Shown: piece after piece, positions 27,558 through 41,048 of the stretch | Position numbering within the stretch: the stretch's first letter is position 1 | How the letters are laid out: every line of letters starts with the position of its first letter | Source of the DNA: Eledone cirrhosa | Lineage: Eukaryota | DNA length: 64,000 bases | Assembly (NCBI GenBank): GCA_964016885.1 | Contig: OZ024764.1 | Location: 29,078,001 to 29,142,000, forward strand | Direction of reading: 5' to 3' | Program-made: the position numbers and the translations under genes | The notes under the pieces: generated by a model | The model's database searches: none | What the model was told of the DNA's origin: nothing | Seen by the model: the letters and a program-made list of their open reading frames with translations, nothing else

Positions 27558-29139
27558 TACAGAGTCAAATAGGCATACTTATAGCTAACATTTTACTTCT
27601 TTTTAAAAAAAAAAAGAAACGGAAAGAAAGCAAGATAACACGACATATTCCGAGTGTTATCTCGTTTTCTTTCCGTTTCTCTTTCTATATAAATATAACG
27701 GGATATATAGCCATTAAGGAACTGCTAGTGTTTTGTACATATATAACGGGATATACACGAATAGAAGCCAGGGAATATGTAGTAAGGGGTTGACTTATAT
27801 AGGGAGTCAATAGTTTTGTAGCAAGGACCATTTTCGCCAACTTCAAATTCTACGTAAATAAGGTTCGCATTTTTGCCCACTTCTCAGACATAAGATAGGG
27901 AGGAGGCTCACCTTATATTCGAGTATTTTGTACATCTAGACCGGCATCATCATGGGTAGAGCCTACCAGGTGCTACTGTGTTGAACGAGAGTAAGGCTGT
28001 GGGCTGATGTTTTAGATGGTCCTCAGGGCTCTGCTATCAATCGACTTTGTGTGGGGCCACGTTTCTGCTCTATAGAGGAGAAGACTGATGCATCTTTTCA
28101 GAACAATTAATATGTAGGTAACATAGCCTTAGACAGATCTGTATTTGTAATAGTTAGTATCGATTTGGGTAATCTTAAGACCATGATTCCAATCATCAAT
28201 ATATGTATTGATTAAACCTAAATATAGTATATATAAAATCTGTTCTCAGCTTCTCACCAGTTTCTTTGGAATTAAGTGTCTGAGAGTATAAGACTCTCCC
28301 TGGATAGGACACTGGTCTATCGCAGGATTAACTCCTCAGCTGAGTGTACTGATGAAATGTTTTTAAAGAATTACATACAGAACTTCCAAGCTGTGAGAGT
28401 TATATGTATGGACCCATAACTCCCAAGGGAGTCATAGAGGCAACGCATTGACATACAGTGTTTCTAGGGCTCTTTTTAAAACCTGGCAGAGCCCAGGTCT
28501 GAATACAGCAGATTTCTTCTAGAGAAGTGTAGAGGAAGAATTCACCCCAGTACTAGACTGGTACTTTTTTTATCAACCTTGAATGGCTGAAAGGCAAAGT
28601 TGGCCTTGATGGGATTTGAATTCAGACAGCTGAAATGAAGGCATTCTATCTGTTACATTTATATATACATACTTTCTTTGTCTAATAAACAAAACTAAAT
28701 CTTCTCTAGACACACACATAAAGTTACACTTATATAAACCTTCTTCTGTACAAACGAGGGTCAACTGAAAAGCTCATAGGCTGACTATGAAGGAGTGATG
28801 CTAGAACAGTGAAATCTTGCATGCATTAATTTCAACTCTCCTTACTAATAACTGCATTGTTTCTTTCCATTTGGCCAGTCAGCCCTCTTACATATATACT
28901 TCTGATTCTCTTTTTTACTAAGAAACAGAATTAAACCTTCTCTACACAGGAAAATATTACTGACATCTTCAAAGGAATGTAAATAAACTTCCTTATCTAG
29001 CGACGAACATGTGAAATAAACCAAACTTTTGCTTTTTCATTTCTTCTAAGAAACAAGACAGCTAATGCCAATAAGTGTGTATACAAAAAAAATGTCTACA
29101 CACTTCAGGAAAAGAAAAATTTGTATAAATATATATATT

Positions 29140-29210
29140 TAGCACCCATCCACCATCTGAGTGAATCTCTTGGTCAGTGTCCAAGTCTCAGACCCGTACA
29201 GCAATACAGA
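29140..29210 (-). mobile_element. RTE-like LINE fragment
   Basis: The minus strand reads VLLYGSETWTLTKRFTQMVDGC. A similar LYGAETWPLTK lies at ~22032(+) inside the inverted arm. Confidence 0.6.
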
Positions 29211-30039
29211 TGAATCTTCAGGTCTTTACAAAGGTCCAACCTCAAACTGTGTATACACAATTGATGGACAAATATAATTGCACACACATACATACATATA
29301 TATATATAAGCAAAATGACCCATGCTAGCGTAGGAGAAACTATGGGACATTGACCAGGGTGTTAGGTGGCCATAGGAGATGCTATGTGAAGTATATGACC
29401 TAAAACTGCTTCTTTCACCCTCTAAGCTTATGATGACGAGGGCTTAGTTGGCCACAGGAGATACTATGGCACATACATACCCTAAGCCGAAGCAAAAAAA
29501 AAACCTAACGTTTAAATAATTATTTCTAACATTATGGAGGGAAATATACAGAAAATGTTTCAATAACTGATCAACCTAAAATTGGTAAAATCCAAGTGTT
29601 TAACGCTTTTTATTCACACACGTGTGTGAGAAATGAAGCTGCCGTGCTTCGTTGTGAAAGAAATGGAGAAGAAAAAAATACAACTGTAGCTATACATATT
29701 TTGTTTCTTAAAAGAAAATAGGAAAGGTATTTTCCTGCATAGAGAAGGTTAATATATTTTTCGTAGTAGAAAGTAAATGGCGATATCTAATTTTAGTGGA
29801 CTAAATGCTGCTTACGTGCTATAGTTGCTGCTTACTTCAATGTATGAGGCTATTCCAACAAATTTACATTCCCTTTTTTTTAGCTGTTAAAAGAAATATT
29901 GTTTGTTTTTTTGCGATTTATTTGCCACTAGAGCATTAGGCGGGGGATTTTTTTACAAAAATCAAGTACAAACATTTAACGAGTGATTAAAAAGGAATAT
30001 AAAAAATTAAGTCCTCAATAGAGAGGCAGCCTTTTGGGG

Positions 30040-30240
30040 TCACACACACCCCCGTAGAAAGTGTGCGACCTTTCTGCCAGGGAGCACAGAGAGAGGGGCG
30101 TGCTCCCTTCTTCTCTTACCTGTACAAGCCGATATAGAGAGATCGCCCACTTACACGGGCCATTATTGCTACTTTCACCCATCTTTCATGGAATTGGCTG
30201 GGACTGAGTGCCTTTCTCTCCACCTTGATCCTTTGCAACG
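30040..30240 (-). mobile_element. Tx1/L1-like LINE 3' fragment
   Basis: LQRIKVERKALSPSQFHERWVKVAIMARV resembles the LKRKIRVE.. C-terminus at 41488-41670. Confidence 0.5.
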
Positions 30241-30300
30241 AGGAAACTGTGGGGATATGTCGCCGGCCAACAAATGGTCCTCTTCTTCCGATACCACTAG

Positions 30301-30591
30301 ACTTTACCTCACATAATATCTCACATAACATTTACATTACTCTATATATACTATTGTATTTTCACAGTAAAGGCTTTACCTCACATAACATTTACATTAC
30401 TCTATATATACTATTGTATTGTCACAGTAAAGGCTTTACCTCACATAATATCTCACATAACATTTACATTACTCTATATATACTATTGTATTGTCACAGT
30501 AAAGGCTTTACCTCACATAATATCCCACATAACATTTACATTACTCTACATATACTATTGTATTTGTGGTAAAGGCTTTACCTCACATAAT
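30301..30591. repeat. Short array (~4 units) of the 72-bp satellite, inverted relative to 48172-50927
   Basis: ctttacctcacataatatctcacataacatttacattactctatatatactattgtatt is the reverse complement of the 48-51 kb unit. Confidence 0.93.
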
Positions 30592-30763
30592 AATCTATGA
30601 GATCTTGATATTATTTATTTTAAGAACAAGTTTGAGCAGCCGGTTACAGCCGGTTTGGACAGAAAGTGAGAGAATTCTGGTTGGATATGGCTGGTTTAAA
30701 TGCTAAAGTGTTAAAAATTATCTTTCAGTGAACATGATTTTTTTTTTATTATTTTGATGTGAG

Positions 30764-30792
30764 TGTGACCCAACGGGTCACAGGTCGTCTAG
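30764..30792 (+). mobile_element. Helitron-type 3' terminus (hairpin plus CTAG before T)
   Basis: tgtgaccc-aac-gggtcaca 8-bp hairpin, then 6 nt, then CTAG|T. Confidence 0.6.
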
Positions 30793-31104
30793 TATATAGC
30801 AACAACAACAACACAGAGGAAAGATGATAGAAAAATATTTTATTTTTACCCACAAAAAATTATTTTTGTAAAAGATTATTTATAAACTCCGCTTTATTTT
30901 ATAAAATAAGATATGGACCCTCAAATTTGATTCAGAAAACACCATAGAGCCCTTTTTTTCGGCTTTGGCCCCACTCCTTTTTTTTTTTTATAATTATTTA
31001 CAAATCGTTTTCACCTGTTTTACAGTTTTTAATTGAAAACAAACAAAATATATTAAAAAATAAAACACAAGTATTGGCTGTGTTGTTCACTTGTTAACAA
31101 TGTC

Positions 31105-31328
31105 ACACCTTGGAGCAGGTGTCTTTCACTGTGGTTCCTTGGGGCAGGTGTCCCAGTGCGGCACCTCGGGGTGTGTCCCACACTGTGGCACCTTCAGCAA
31201 GTATTGACAAATGCCTTATAGGCAGAATTTGGTAGACAGAAGCTACAGAAGCCCATCGAATGTGTATGTGAATATGTATGTGTGTGTGTGTGTATGTATG
31301 TATGTGTATCCATGTTTTCGTTTGTGAC

Positions 31329-31359
<31 letters not shown>

Positions 31360-31547
31360 CCATGTTCCCATTTGTGACTGTATACGTTTGTACATACGTA
31401 TGTGTGTGAGCAGGAGTGGGTGTATACGTGTCACGGTTCGACAAAAAGTCATTAATAAAACATCTATCAGACTTGTCGATATGATCGACTAAAAATCGAA
31501 GCAGAACTGCAGCATGGCCACAGCCTACAGACTGGAACCAGTAAAAA
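31105..31547 (+). mobile_element. SINE-like element with an internal (TG)n tract and a cagcatggccacag...gaaccagtaaaa tail
   Basis: Head cttggagcaggtgtcttt...ttggtagacagaagctacagaagcccatcg; the tail is homologous to 32375-32420. Confidence 0.55.
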
Positions 31548-31791
31548 AAAGTATAAAATGTGGATATTTCAGGGGAGACAACTTTGAAATTAACAGTTAA
31601 ATAAAAGAGTTACCTCCCTTAGCTGGAAGCTATTCCTGTAGATAAATATAAACAGTTTAGCCCTTTCGTTACCATAGTTCCCCGGAAAGACAGTGTCCCC
31701 TAAATTTGGAGGAATTTAAAAATATACTACACGTTATCATTAAATTAATGTTTGGAACATAACATGTTTTTACATAATATATTGAAGCCTG

Positions 31792-31793
<2 letters not shown>

Positions 31794-31868
<75 letters not shown>

Positions 31869-31869
31869 C

Positions 31870-31900
<31 letters not shown>

Positions 31901-32059
31901 CATATATATATACATATATATATATACATACATATATATATATACATATTATATAAACATATATATATATACACATACATATTATATATACACACACATA
32001 TATACATATATACACACATACATACACAATACATGCATACACATATAGACAGACAGGCA

Positions 32060-32093
<34 letters not shown>

Positions 32094-32240
32094 TACACGC
32101 ACACATATATATACATACACACACACATATATATACATACACGCACGCACACATATACATACACACACATACATATATACACACATACATATATACATAC
32201 ACACACATATATATACACACACACACACTTACATACATGT
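31794..32240. repeat. (TA)n/(CA)n microsatellite
   Basis: Direct inspection. Confidence 0.95.
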
Positions 32241-32423
32241 GTATGTTCATGGTTGCATTTGTTCATGTCCCATTGACTTAGCGGTTCATCAAAATGAAAT
32301 AGATAAAATAAGTACAAGACTTGAAAAAAAGGTTATGTACTGGTGTTTGATATGATAGTAAATGTCTTTTAGGTGCTGCCCCAGCATGGCCACAGTCTAA
32401 ATACTCAAACCAGTAGAAGAATG

Positions 32424-34112
32424 CAGTGCCCCAGCGTGGCCACAGTAATAGAAGGCAGTGCTCCAGTATGACCGCAATCTAATGACTGAAACCAGTAAAA
32501 GAAGGCAGTGCCCCAGCGTGGCCACAGTAATAGAAGGCAGTGCTCCAGTATGACCGCAATCTAATGACTGAAACCAGTAAAAGAAGGCAGTGCCCCAGCA
32601 TGGCCACAGTAATAGAAGGCAGTGCTCCAGTATGACCGCAATCTAATGACTGAAACCAGTAAAAGAAGGCAGTGCCCCAGCATGGCCACAGTAATAGAAG
32701 GCAGTGCTCCAGTATGACCGCAATCTAATGACTGAAACCAGTAAAAGAAGGCAGTGCCCCAGCATGGCCACAGTAATAGAAGGCAGTGCTCCAGTATGAC
32801 CGCAATCTAATGACTGAAACCAGTAAAAGAAGGCAGTGCCCCAGCGTGGCCACAGTAATAGAAGGCAGTGCTCCAGTATGACCGCAATCTAATGACTGAA
32901 ACCAGTAAAAGAAGGCAGTGCCCCAGCGTGGCCACAGTAATAGAAGGCAGTGCTCCAGTATGACCGCAATCTAATGACTGAAACCAGTAAAAGAAGGCAG
33001 TGCCCCAGCGTGGCCACAGTAATAGAAGGCAGTGCTCCAGTATGACCGCAATCTAATGACTGAAACCAGTAAAAGAAGGCAGTGCCCCAGCGTGGCCACA
33101 GTAATAGAAGGCAGTGCTCCAGTATGACCGCAATCTAATGACTGAAACCAGTAAAAGAAGGCAGTGCCCCAGCGTGGCCACAGTAATAGAAGGCAGTGCT
33201 CCAGTATGATCGCAATCTAATGACTGAAACCAGTAAAAGAAGGCAGTGCCCCAGCGTGGCCACAGTAATAGAAGGCAGTGCTCCAGTATGACCGCAATCT
33301 AATGACTGAAACCAGTAAAAGAAGGCAGTGCCCCAGCGTGGCCACAGTAATAGAAGGCAGTGCTCCAGTATGACCGCAATCTAATGACTGAAACCAGTAA
33401 AAGAAGGCAGTGCCCCAGCGTGGCCACAGTAATAGAAGGCAGTGCTCCAGTATGACCGCAATCTAATGACTGAAACCAGTAAAAGAAGGCAGTGCCCCAG
33501 CGTGGCCACAGTAATAGAAGGCAGTGCTCCAGTATGACCGCAATCTAATGACTGAAACCAGTAAAAGAAGGCAGTGCCCCAGCGTGGCCACAGTAATAGA
33601 AGGCAGTGCTCCAGTATGACCGCAATCTAATGACTGAAACCAGTAAAAGAAGGCAGTGCCCCAGCGTGGCCACAGTAATAGAAGGCAGTGCTCCAGTATG
33701 ACCGCAATCTAATGACTGAAACCAGTAAAAGAAGGCATTGCCCCAGCGTGGCCACAGTAATAGAAGGCAGTGCTCCAGTATGACTGCAATCTAATGACTG
33801 AAACCAGTAAAAGAAGGCAGTGCCCCAGCGTGGCCACAGTAATAGAAGGCAGTGCTCCAGTATGACCGCAATCTAATGACTGAAACCAGTAAAAGAAGGC
33901 AGTGCCCCAGCGTGGCCACAGTAATAGAAGGCAGTGCTCCAGTATGACCGCAATCTAATGACTGAAACCAGTAAAAGAAGGCAGTGCCCCAGCATGGCCA
34001 CAGTAAAAGACGGGAGTGCTCCAGTATGACCGCAATCTAATGACTGAAACCAGTAAAAGAAGGCAGTGCCCCAGCATGGCCACAGTAAAAGACGGGAGTG
34101 CCCCCCAGCATG
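32424..34112. repeat. 82-bp tandem satellite (~20 copies) made of two related subunits (32+50 bp)
   Basis: Period 32461 to 32543. Both subunits begin agaaggcagtgc(c/t)ccag and resemble the SINE tail immediately upstream. Confidence 0.96.
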
Positions 34113-34214
34113 GCAGGGGGAACCCCAGACAAGGGTAAACTGGCCGTAGCAAGAGATGCTTGTTTTTGTCATGGTATGCAGGAATAAATGGTGTCGGGGG
34201 GGGCTGCTGCTAAA

Positions 34215-34997
34215 CATGTGGTACCAGGATATCTCATGTGGTCCTAGGCCATCTCATGAGGTACCAGACTATCTCGTGTGGTACCAGGCTGTCTCATGTG
34301 GTCCCAGGCTGTCCCATGTGGTCCCAGGCTGTCCCATGTGGTCCCAGGCTGTCTCATGTGGTCCCAGGCTGTCTCATGTGGTACCAGGTTGTCTCATGTA
34401 TCAGGCTGTCTCATGTGGTACCAGGTTGTCTCATGTATCAGGCCATCTCATGTGGTCCCAGGCTATCTCATGTGGTCCCAGGTTGTCTCATGTATCAGGC
34501 TGTCTCATGTGGTACCAGGTTGTCTCATGTATCAGGCCATCTCATGTGGTCCCAGGCTGTCTCATGTGGTACCAGGTTGTCTCATGTATCAGGCCATCTC
34601 ATGTGGTACCAGGCTGTTTCATCTGGTCCTAGGTAGCGATGTGGTCCTCGGCCGTCTCATGCGGTACGAGATTGTCATGTGGTACTGGGATGGCATGTGG
34701 TCCCAGGTCGTCATGTGATACCAGGACATCTCATGTGGTACTGGGTTGTCATGTGGTCCCTTGGTGTCATGTTGTACTGGGCTGTCATGTGGTCGTGGGT
34801 TTTCATGTGGTACCAAGTTCTCATGTGGTACTGGGTTGTCATGTGGTCCCGAGTTGTCATGTGGCACCAGGGTGTCATGTGGTCCCTGGGCTGTCATGTG
34901 GTACTGGGTTGTCATGTGGTACTGGGTTGTCATGTGGTACTGGGATGTCATGTGGTACTGGGTTGTCATGTGGTACTGGGTTGTCATGTGGTACCAG
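34215..34997. repeat. Degenerate 18-20-bp minisatellite (catgtggt[ac]ccaggctgtct / catgtggtactgggttgt)
   Basis: Direct inspection. Confidence 0.92.
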
Positions 34998-35151
34998 GGA
35001 ATCACACCAGGGTACAGTTCATTATACACATAAATACATATATATACCTATATATACACGGTTCACTCATACAGACACACTGCACATATGTATAGACACC
35101 ATGTATACATATATATATACACGCCATGTATACATATATATACAGACTATG

Positions 35152-35183
<32 letters not shown>

Positions 35184-35334
35184 GTATTCACATATATACA
35201 CACTATATGTACACATATATACATACATATATACAAATATGTTTATGACAGAACTCCAGCATGACCTTAGATCTAACAGTCAGAGGTAACCATAAAGAAG
35301 AAAACACCCATATATATATATATATATATACGTA

Positions 35335-35582
35335 TGTAAAGGTAAACAGAAATAACAACACAATCGATACAGTATATGGAAGGGATATATTAGTTTAACG
35401 CTTGAAATAGCAGGAAGAGCGTCTTAACGTTTCGGATGCTAGTCCTTCACCAGAAGAAAGAATGAGAAATAGGGTAGATTGAAGGGACGGGTGGGATGGA
35501 ATTGGAAAAAATGTCTTTAGATAAAAATAACAGGTCCACTTATGTTGACATCCCTTGCAAAACTGTTGGTGCTGGTGTTTTG
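35335..35582 (-). mobile_element. Penelope-like terminal repeat with a mutated hammerhead (family of 58450-58703)
   Basis: Reverse-complement homolog of 58450-58703. Its core reads CTGGTGA...GAAACGTT. Confidence 0.65.
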
Positions 35583-35765
35583 TGTATGATTTATATAGGA
35601 AAAGAGCCATGACCCCGACGGCTGCGTTGGATGCTTAAAGCGTCCGTAAGCGGTAGGCCTTTTGAGCAGAGTATGATATCACATATCGAGCTGGTTGCCA
35701 GAGAAACGATTGTAATATGTCTAATAAATTTTATTTGTCACACTACAGATTCCCCGTTTCTTATG

Positions 35766-35797
<32 letters not shown>

Positions 35798-36029
35798 GGT
35801 GTTCGCTCTAAAATAGCTGTATACATAAAAATATGAGTATTTTGTATATCTAGTGAAATAGAGTATGTCAATGAATAAACAACATGTAAAAGTCTTCAGC
35901 TATGAATCATAAATTTTGGAAACTGATGACGTAGTGCCATCTAGTGGATTCCAGCAGAAGCAAAGGCGGGTAATTGTTGACAATTATCATTATATATATA
36001 TATTATATATAGGGTAACTGTTGACAATT

Positions 36030-36335
36030 ATCATCATCATTTTATGTCCGCTTTTCCCTGCTTGCAAGGGTGGGATGGGAACTGATTCTGGCTTGATTTC
36101 TACAGCTGGATGCCCTTCCTAACACCAACCTCATTTACAGTGAGTGCTGGGTGCTTTTTTTCCATGGTGCCTACACGTCCACTTTACAGTGGAATGATAG
36201 GGACCCCAATCCCTCTCATCTCATTTCTACAGCTGAGTAAACTGGAGCAATGTGAAATAAAGTGTCTTGCTCAAGGAAACAACACATCACCCGGTCTGAG
36301 AATTGAACTCACAGCCTTTCGATTGCAACCACTAA
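36030..36335 (-). mobile_element. tRNA/CORE-like SINE with an RTE-like (GAT)n tail
   Basis: Reverse-complement homolog of 46410-46752. Confidence 0.75.
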
Positions 36336-37009
36336 GCAATGATCGATATATATATATATATAGTGAGTTAGAAACTCAGAGTAGTCTCTTCGTTGTGCTA
36401 ATTTTAATGTGTTGTTAACCAGGCTGCTATTTTTAGCAGCAAAAGACTTCGAGACAAGCTGGGTTCCAGAGACACGTGCGCTATTTCATATCGCACACAA
36501 TTCAGTCATCTAACATTTTTAGAAGTGGAAGGATTGCTAATTTCTCAACAACTACTGAGGAGCAGAGAAACGTCTTGACTTCACTCAATAAGATGTTGCG
36601 AAACAGTTTTCAAAACTGTCTAGTTGTTACCAGGCTATTTGCCCGATATAGATCTGTTATTTTTCTTAATTTACTACTTAAAATTAAGTCTGACAAACCA
36701 TATTGCTGTAAGTATTTTTTCACCCTAGCTAACCTAGTCCTTATGATTCGAACACATGTATGTTTATATTAGTGTTCATCTCTCAATTATATATATATAT
36801 AATAAACATATAAATATATAAATATATATATTAAATAAACATGTTTTAACAGTTTGTTCTCCTTTATATATTTTTTCACGTATATATATATATATATAGA
36901 CACTTGGATTCATGCATATATATATATATGCACACACATGAAAACAGATCTTCTTCCAAAAGTTACAAGTTGCATTGAGAGTGCTGTTTGTAGCCCATAT
37001 ATATATACA

Positions 37010-37463
37010 TATACAATCACATACATATATTAACACATACATACACATTCACACACCCATATGTAGATACATATATAGGATATATAAATATATATATATG
37101 ATTGATATATATACACACATACATACACATACATACACATTCACACACCCATATGTAGATACATATATAGGATATATAAATATATATATATGATTGATAT
37201 ATATACACACATACATACACATACATACACATTCACACACCCATATGTAGATACATATATAGGATATATAAATATATATATATGATTGATATATATACAC
37301 ACATACATACACATTCACACACCCATATGTAGAAACATATATACGATATATAAATATATATATATATGATTGATATATATACACACATACACGTTTATAT
37401 ATATATATATGCACATAGATATATATATATATACACATATATGTATATATATATATATACACA

Positions 37464-37541
<78 letters not shown>

Positions 37542-37757
37542 TGTATATATATATATATATATACACATATATGTATATATATATATACACATGTATATAC
37601 ATACATATATATATATATATACATGTATATACACATACATATACATATATATACATGTATATACACATACATATACATATATATATGTATATATACATAT
37701 ACATGCATATATATATATACATGCATATATATATATACATGCATATATATATATACA

Positions 37758-37798
<41 letters not shown>

Positions 37799-37820
37799 GC
37801 ATATATATATATATACATGC

Positions 37821-37857
<37 letters not shown>

Positions 37858-37972
37858 CACATGTATATATACATGCATATATATATATATATATATATAT
37901 ACATACACATGTATATATACACATATATATACATGCATATATATATAAATAAATATGTATACACACACACAC

Positions 37973-38015
<43 letters not shown>
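37010..38015. repeat. About 92-bp AT-rich tandem units followed by a long (TA)n-rich microsatellite
   Basis: cacattcacacacccatatgtag recurs 4 times, followed by TA/CA tracts. Confidence 0.9.
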
Positions 38016-38016
<1 letters not shown>

Positions 38017-38330
38017 GCGTGTGGTGTGTGTGCTCGCTTGTAAGCAGATTGTTAACATCATGTCCCAAACTATGGTGAGCATATCAAAAATTAAAAACAT
38101 ATTACACCTTAATATCTGTTTTATGACAACACAACAAATGATTATTACATAACAACTTTGATGTCTTTGAAATGTGCACAACAGGATTATATAATAAACA
38201 GAGGTTGTATACATAAAACTCTCTCCATCTTTATAATATTAACACTCCGCCTGATACCTTATAGTGCTTATGTCTGTTTACAGTACCATCAGTTGATGAA
38301 CTGATCAACCAACGTTTTTATTTGGAATAA

Positions 38331-38361
<31 letters not shown>

Positions 38362-38362
<1 letters not shown>

Positions 38363-38500
38363 GTTTTAATATAGATGAGATTCTACAGGACTAGAACTGT
38401 TTCATTCTTTAGAAATCATCAGGAATCTCTCAGCGATTCCTGATGATTTCTAAAGAATGAAACTGTTCTAGTCCTGTAGAATCTCATCTATATTAAAACT
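38362..38500. ncRNA. Palindrome with a hammerhead-like core in each arm
   Basis: The minus arm reads gagattc-CTGATGA-tttctaaagaat-GAA-ACAG-ttctagtc-CTGT-A-gaatctc. Stem II has a T-T mismatch at its base. Confidence 0.55.
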
Positions 38501-38914
38501 TTTATACTCTGCAATGTATTGAGTACCTTACTTACTGTGGTTACCTCCGATTCAACCCGGAATAACGTATATATATATATATATAGAGATAGATAGATAC
38601 ACACACACATACATATATATGTATATATATTTGTACATACATACATATATTACACATATATATATTTGTACATACATATATATTTGTACATACATATATT
38701 ACATATATATATATTTGTACATACATATATATTTGTACATACATATATTACATATATATATATATTTGTACATACATATATATTTTGGTACATACATATA
38801 TATATAAAGAATTAATATATCTACCGACATATGTATACAGATGCATACCTATGTTAGCAAATATATATGTGGTTCTATGCAAGGGGATGCAGAACAATTA
38901 TATGAAAGACGTAA

Positions 38915-38979
<65 letters not shown>

Positions 38980-39098
38980 TATATATATATACATACATAT
39001 AGTGAATCCGGTCCCTACGATTTGAACACATATATGTATATGTCTGTGTTCGTTTTTCTTTTATATTCTATTATTATATATATGTATATATATATCAA

Positions 39099-39465
39099 TA
39101 TATTGTTATACTTTGGGAGGGTCATGTTGCTAATAAGAAACAAAATGGCGTAGGACAGAAGAAAGGAAAGGCACAGAAACAAAGAGAGGAATCCCCAGTC
39201 ACTGAAGAGGTCACAGAGTGTGTGACGAAAGGACTATGACTATATATAAACAACTATCTGGTTGTGGAACCAACCAACCAACCAGAAATTTATAAGTTTG
39301 TAGATTTGTAGATTTATAAATTTATAAATATATAATAAATTGAAGTGAAAGCAACTGGTGGGTGTGTTTCTTATTGGCAACATGACCCTGCCAAAGTATA
39401 ACAATATCGGTTTCAACACACGATTTCAGATAAAGAATCTTGCTAAACAAATTCAGAAACGAAAT
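39099..39465 (+). mobile_element. Penelope-like terminal repeat with a type I hammerhead (39197-39241)
   Basis: agtca-CTGAAGA-g-gtcaca(gagtg)tgtgac-GAAA-ggac-TA-tgact. A short inverted copy of its own distal part sits at 39099-39142. Confidence 0.75.
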
Positions 39466-39539
39466 ATATCAATATATATATATATATTGATAGGGTTAGA
39501 TAGGAGCCTACCACTTTTTTAAATGTTTCAACCTTTCCA

Positions 39540-40790
39540 TAAAAGTGGTGAATTTCCTCGATATGGGACTCAATATGTGAAATGCCCTGTACTACCCATA
39601 CCCGTATAGAAAGCTCAATGTCACTTTAAACTCTATTAATAAATACTCCAACCACCGAACCAGCAGAACTAAAATCCTGGTCAAGAATGTCTCATTGAGG
39701 CTTTCTCATTTATCAGCTAAAGAGCATATTTTCACTGACCATTCCACATATAACAAGGAAGCTCTAGCTTGGAGTGGCTTTGTAGATAAGGGAGAATACG
39801 CTAAGTATGAGCACAAAATTAAGAAAAATGGATTCAGATGCATTATATGGTAATTCAATCCAGAGCCTTTCCACTCCTACCAAAGGAACCCCTTCCTTGT
39901 TGACCTCCACAGTTTTCTGATTAGGTCTTAGCAGGGTTGTAGCTGTACTGACCACACTTAGCCAATTGTAGTCATGTCAGGAGTGTAGCCGTACTCACCC
40001 CGCTTGGCCAATTTTGGTCATGTCAGGGGTGTAGCCGTACTCACCCCGCTTGGCCAATTGTGGTCATGTCAGGGGTGTAGCCATACTCACCCCGCTTGGC
40101 CATTTGTGGTCATGTCAGGGTTGTAGCTGTACTCACCACACTTGGCCAATTGTGGTCAAATCATGGATGTAGCCATACTCACCACGCTTGGCCAATTGCA
40201 GGTTGGTGAGGGTATTTAACCCATAGCTGGGTAAACTCATTTCTACAGTTGAATGAACTGGAGCAACATAAAATAAAATGTTTTGCTCAAGGAAGGACAC
40301 AACACAAAGCCCAGTCCGAGAATCGAACTCACAACGTCACAATTGTAAACCCGAAGCTTTAACCACTACATCATGCACCTTCACCTATATATGGTAATAC
40401 CCACCTTATAATATGGAAGTGGCCACTCCAATAGCTAAAGCCTTTCTTTCTTTAATCAGGAAGCATTTCCCCATAGCACATAGATACCATAAGACATTCA
40501 ATAGAAACAGTGAGAATATCCTATTCAACAAGTTGCGACATTTCACAAAACGTGACTGCATCTAAATTAGTTAAATTATCTAACCATAGTAATATAAACA
40601 AGCCTGGACTTGGTTCCAGATGCAACTGCATTAATAGGGACTATTGCCCTCTAACAGGGAAATACCTATCAATATAGTTTTCTAATGTATGCCCACCATT
40701 AGTAAGGATTACATAGGGTTAACAGCCAACAGTTTCAATCACCATTTATATATACACTTTCATTCATTTCAAAATCCTTTAAGAAGGAAC
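39540..40790 (+). mobile_element. Decayed Penelope-like ORF (RT C-terminus, Cys-rich linker, GIY-YIG), interrupted by a 46-bp array and a SINE
   Basis: KVVNFLDM.LN...YRK.N...INKYSNH...RLSHLS...EALAWSGF; then AFLSLIRKHFP..HRYHKTFNRN; CNCINRDYCPLTGK; YIGLTANSF...H..SF. Confidence 0.82.
39939..40198. repeat. 46-bp minisatellite, about 5.5 copies
   Basis: Period 39985 to 40031 (gtagccgtactcaccccgcttggccaattgtggtcatgtcaggggt). Confidence 0.88.
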
Positions 40791-41048
40791 ATTATTTCAC
40801 TTTCAGCCTATATCTGGAATTTAAAAGACAAGAACATCCGATATACATTACACTGGGAGATCCTATAAATGCTATAGATGGTATGATCTGAACACACAGA
40901 TATATATATACATTCACAAACAAATTCATACAAATAGACTCACATACACAGAGAAAAAATATAAGATTCACATATACACACACACATTCATATACAGCCA
41001 TGCAAGAGCAACGATGACCATCACCATCAGCATCAACATCAGCAGCAG

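Larger units (their letters stand above)
21877..28237. repeat. Inverted duplication: arms ~21877-23012 and ~27020-28237 around a ~4-kb AT-rich spacer
   Basis: The arms are reverse complements with small indels (for example tttatatatactatatttaggtttaatcaatac versus gtattgattaaacctaaatatagtatatataaa). Confidence 0.95.
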
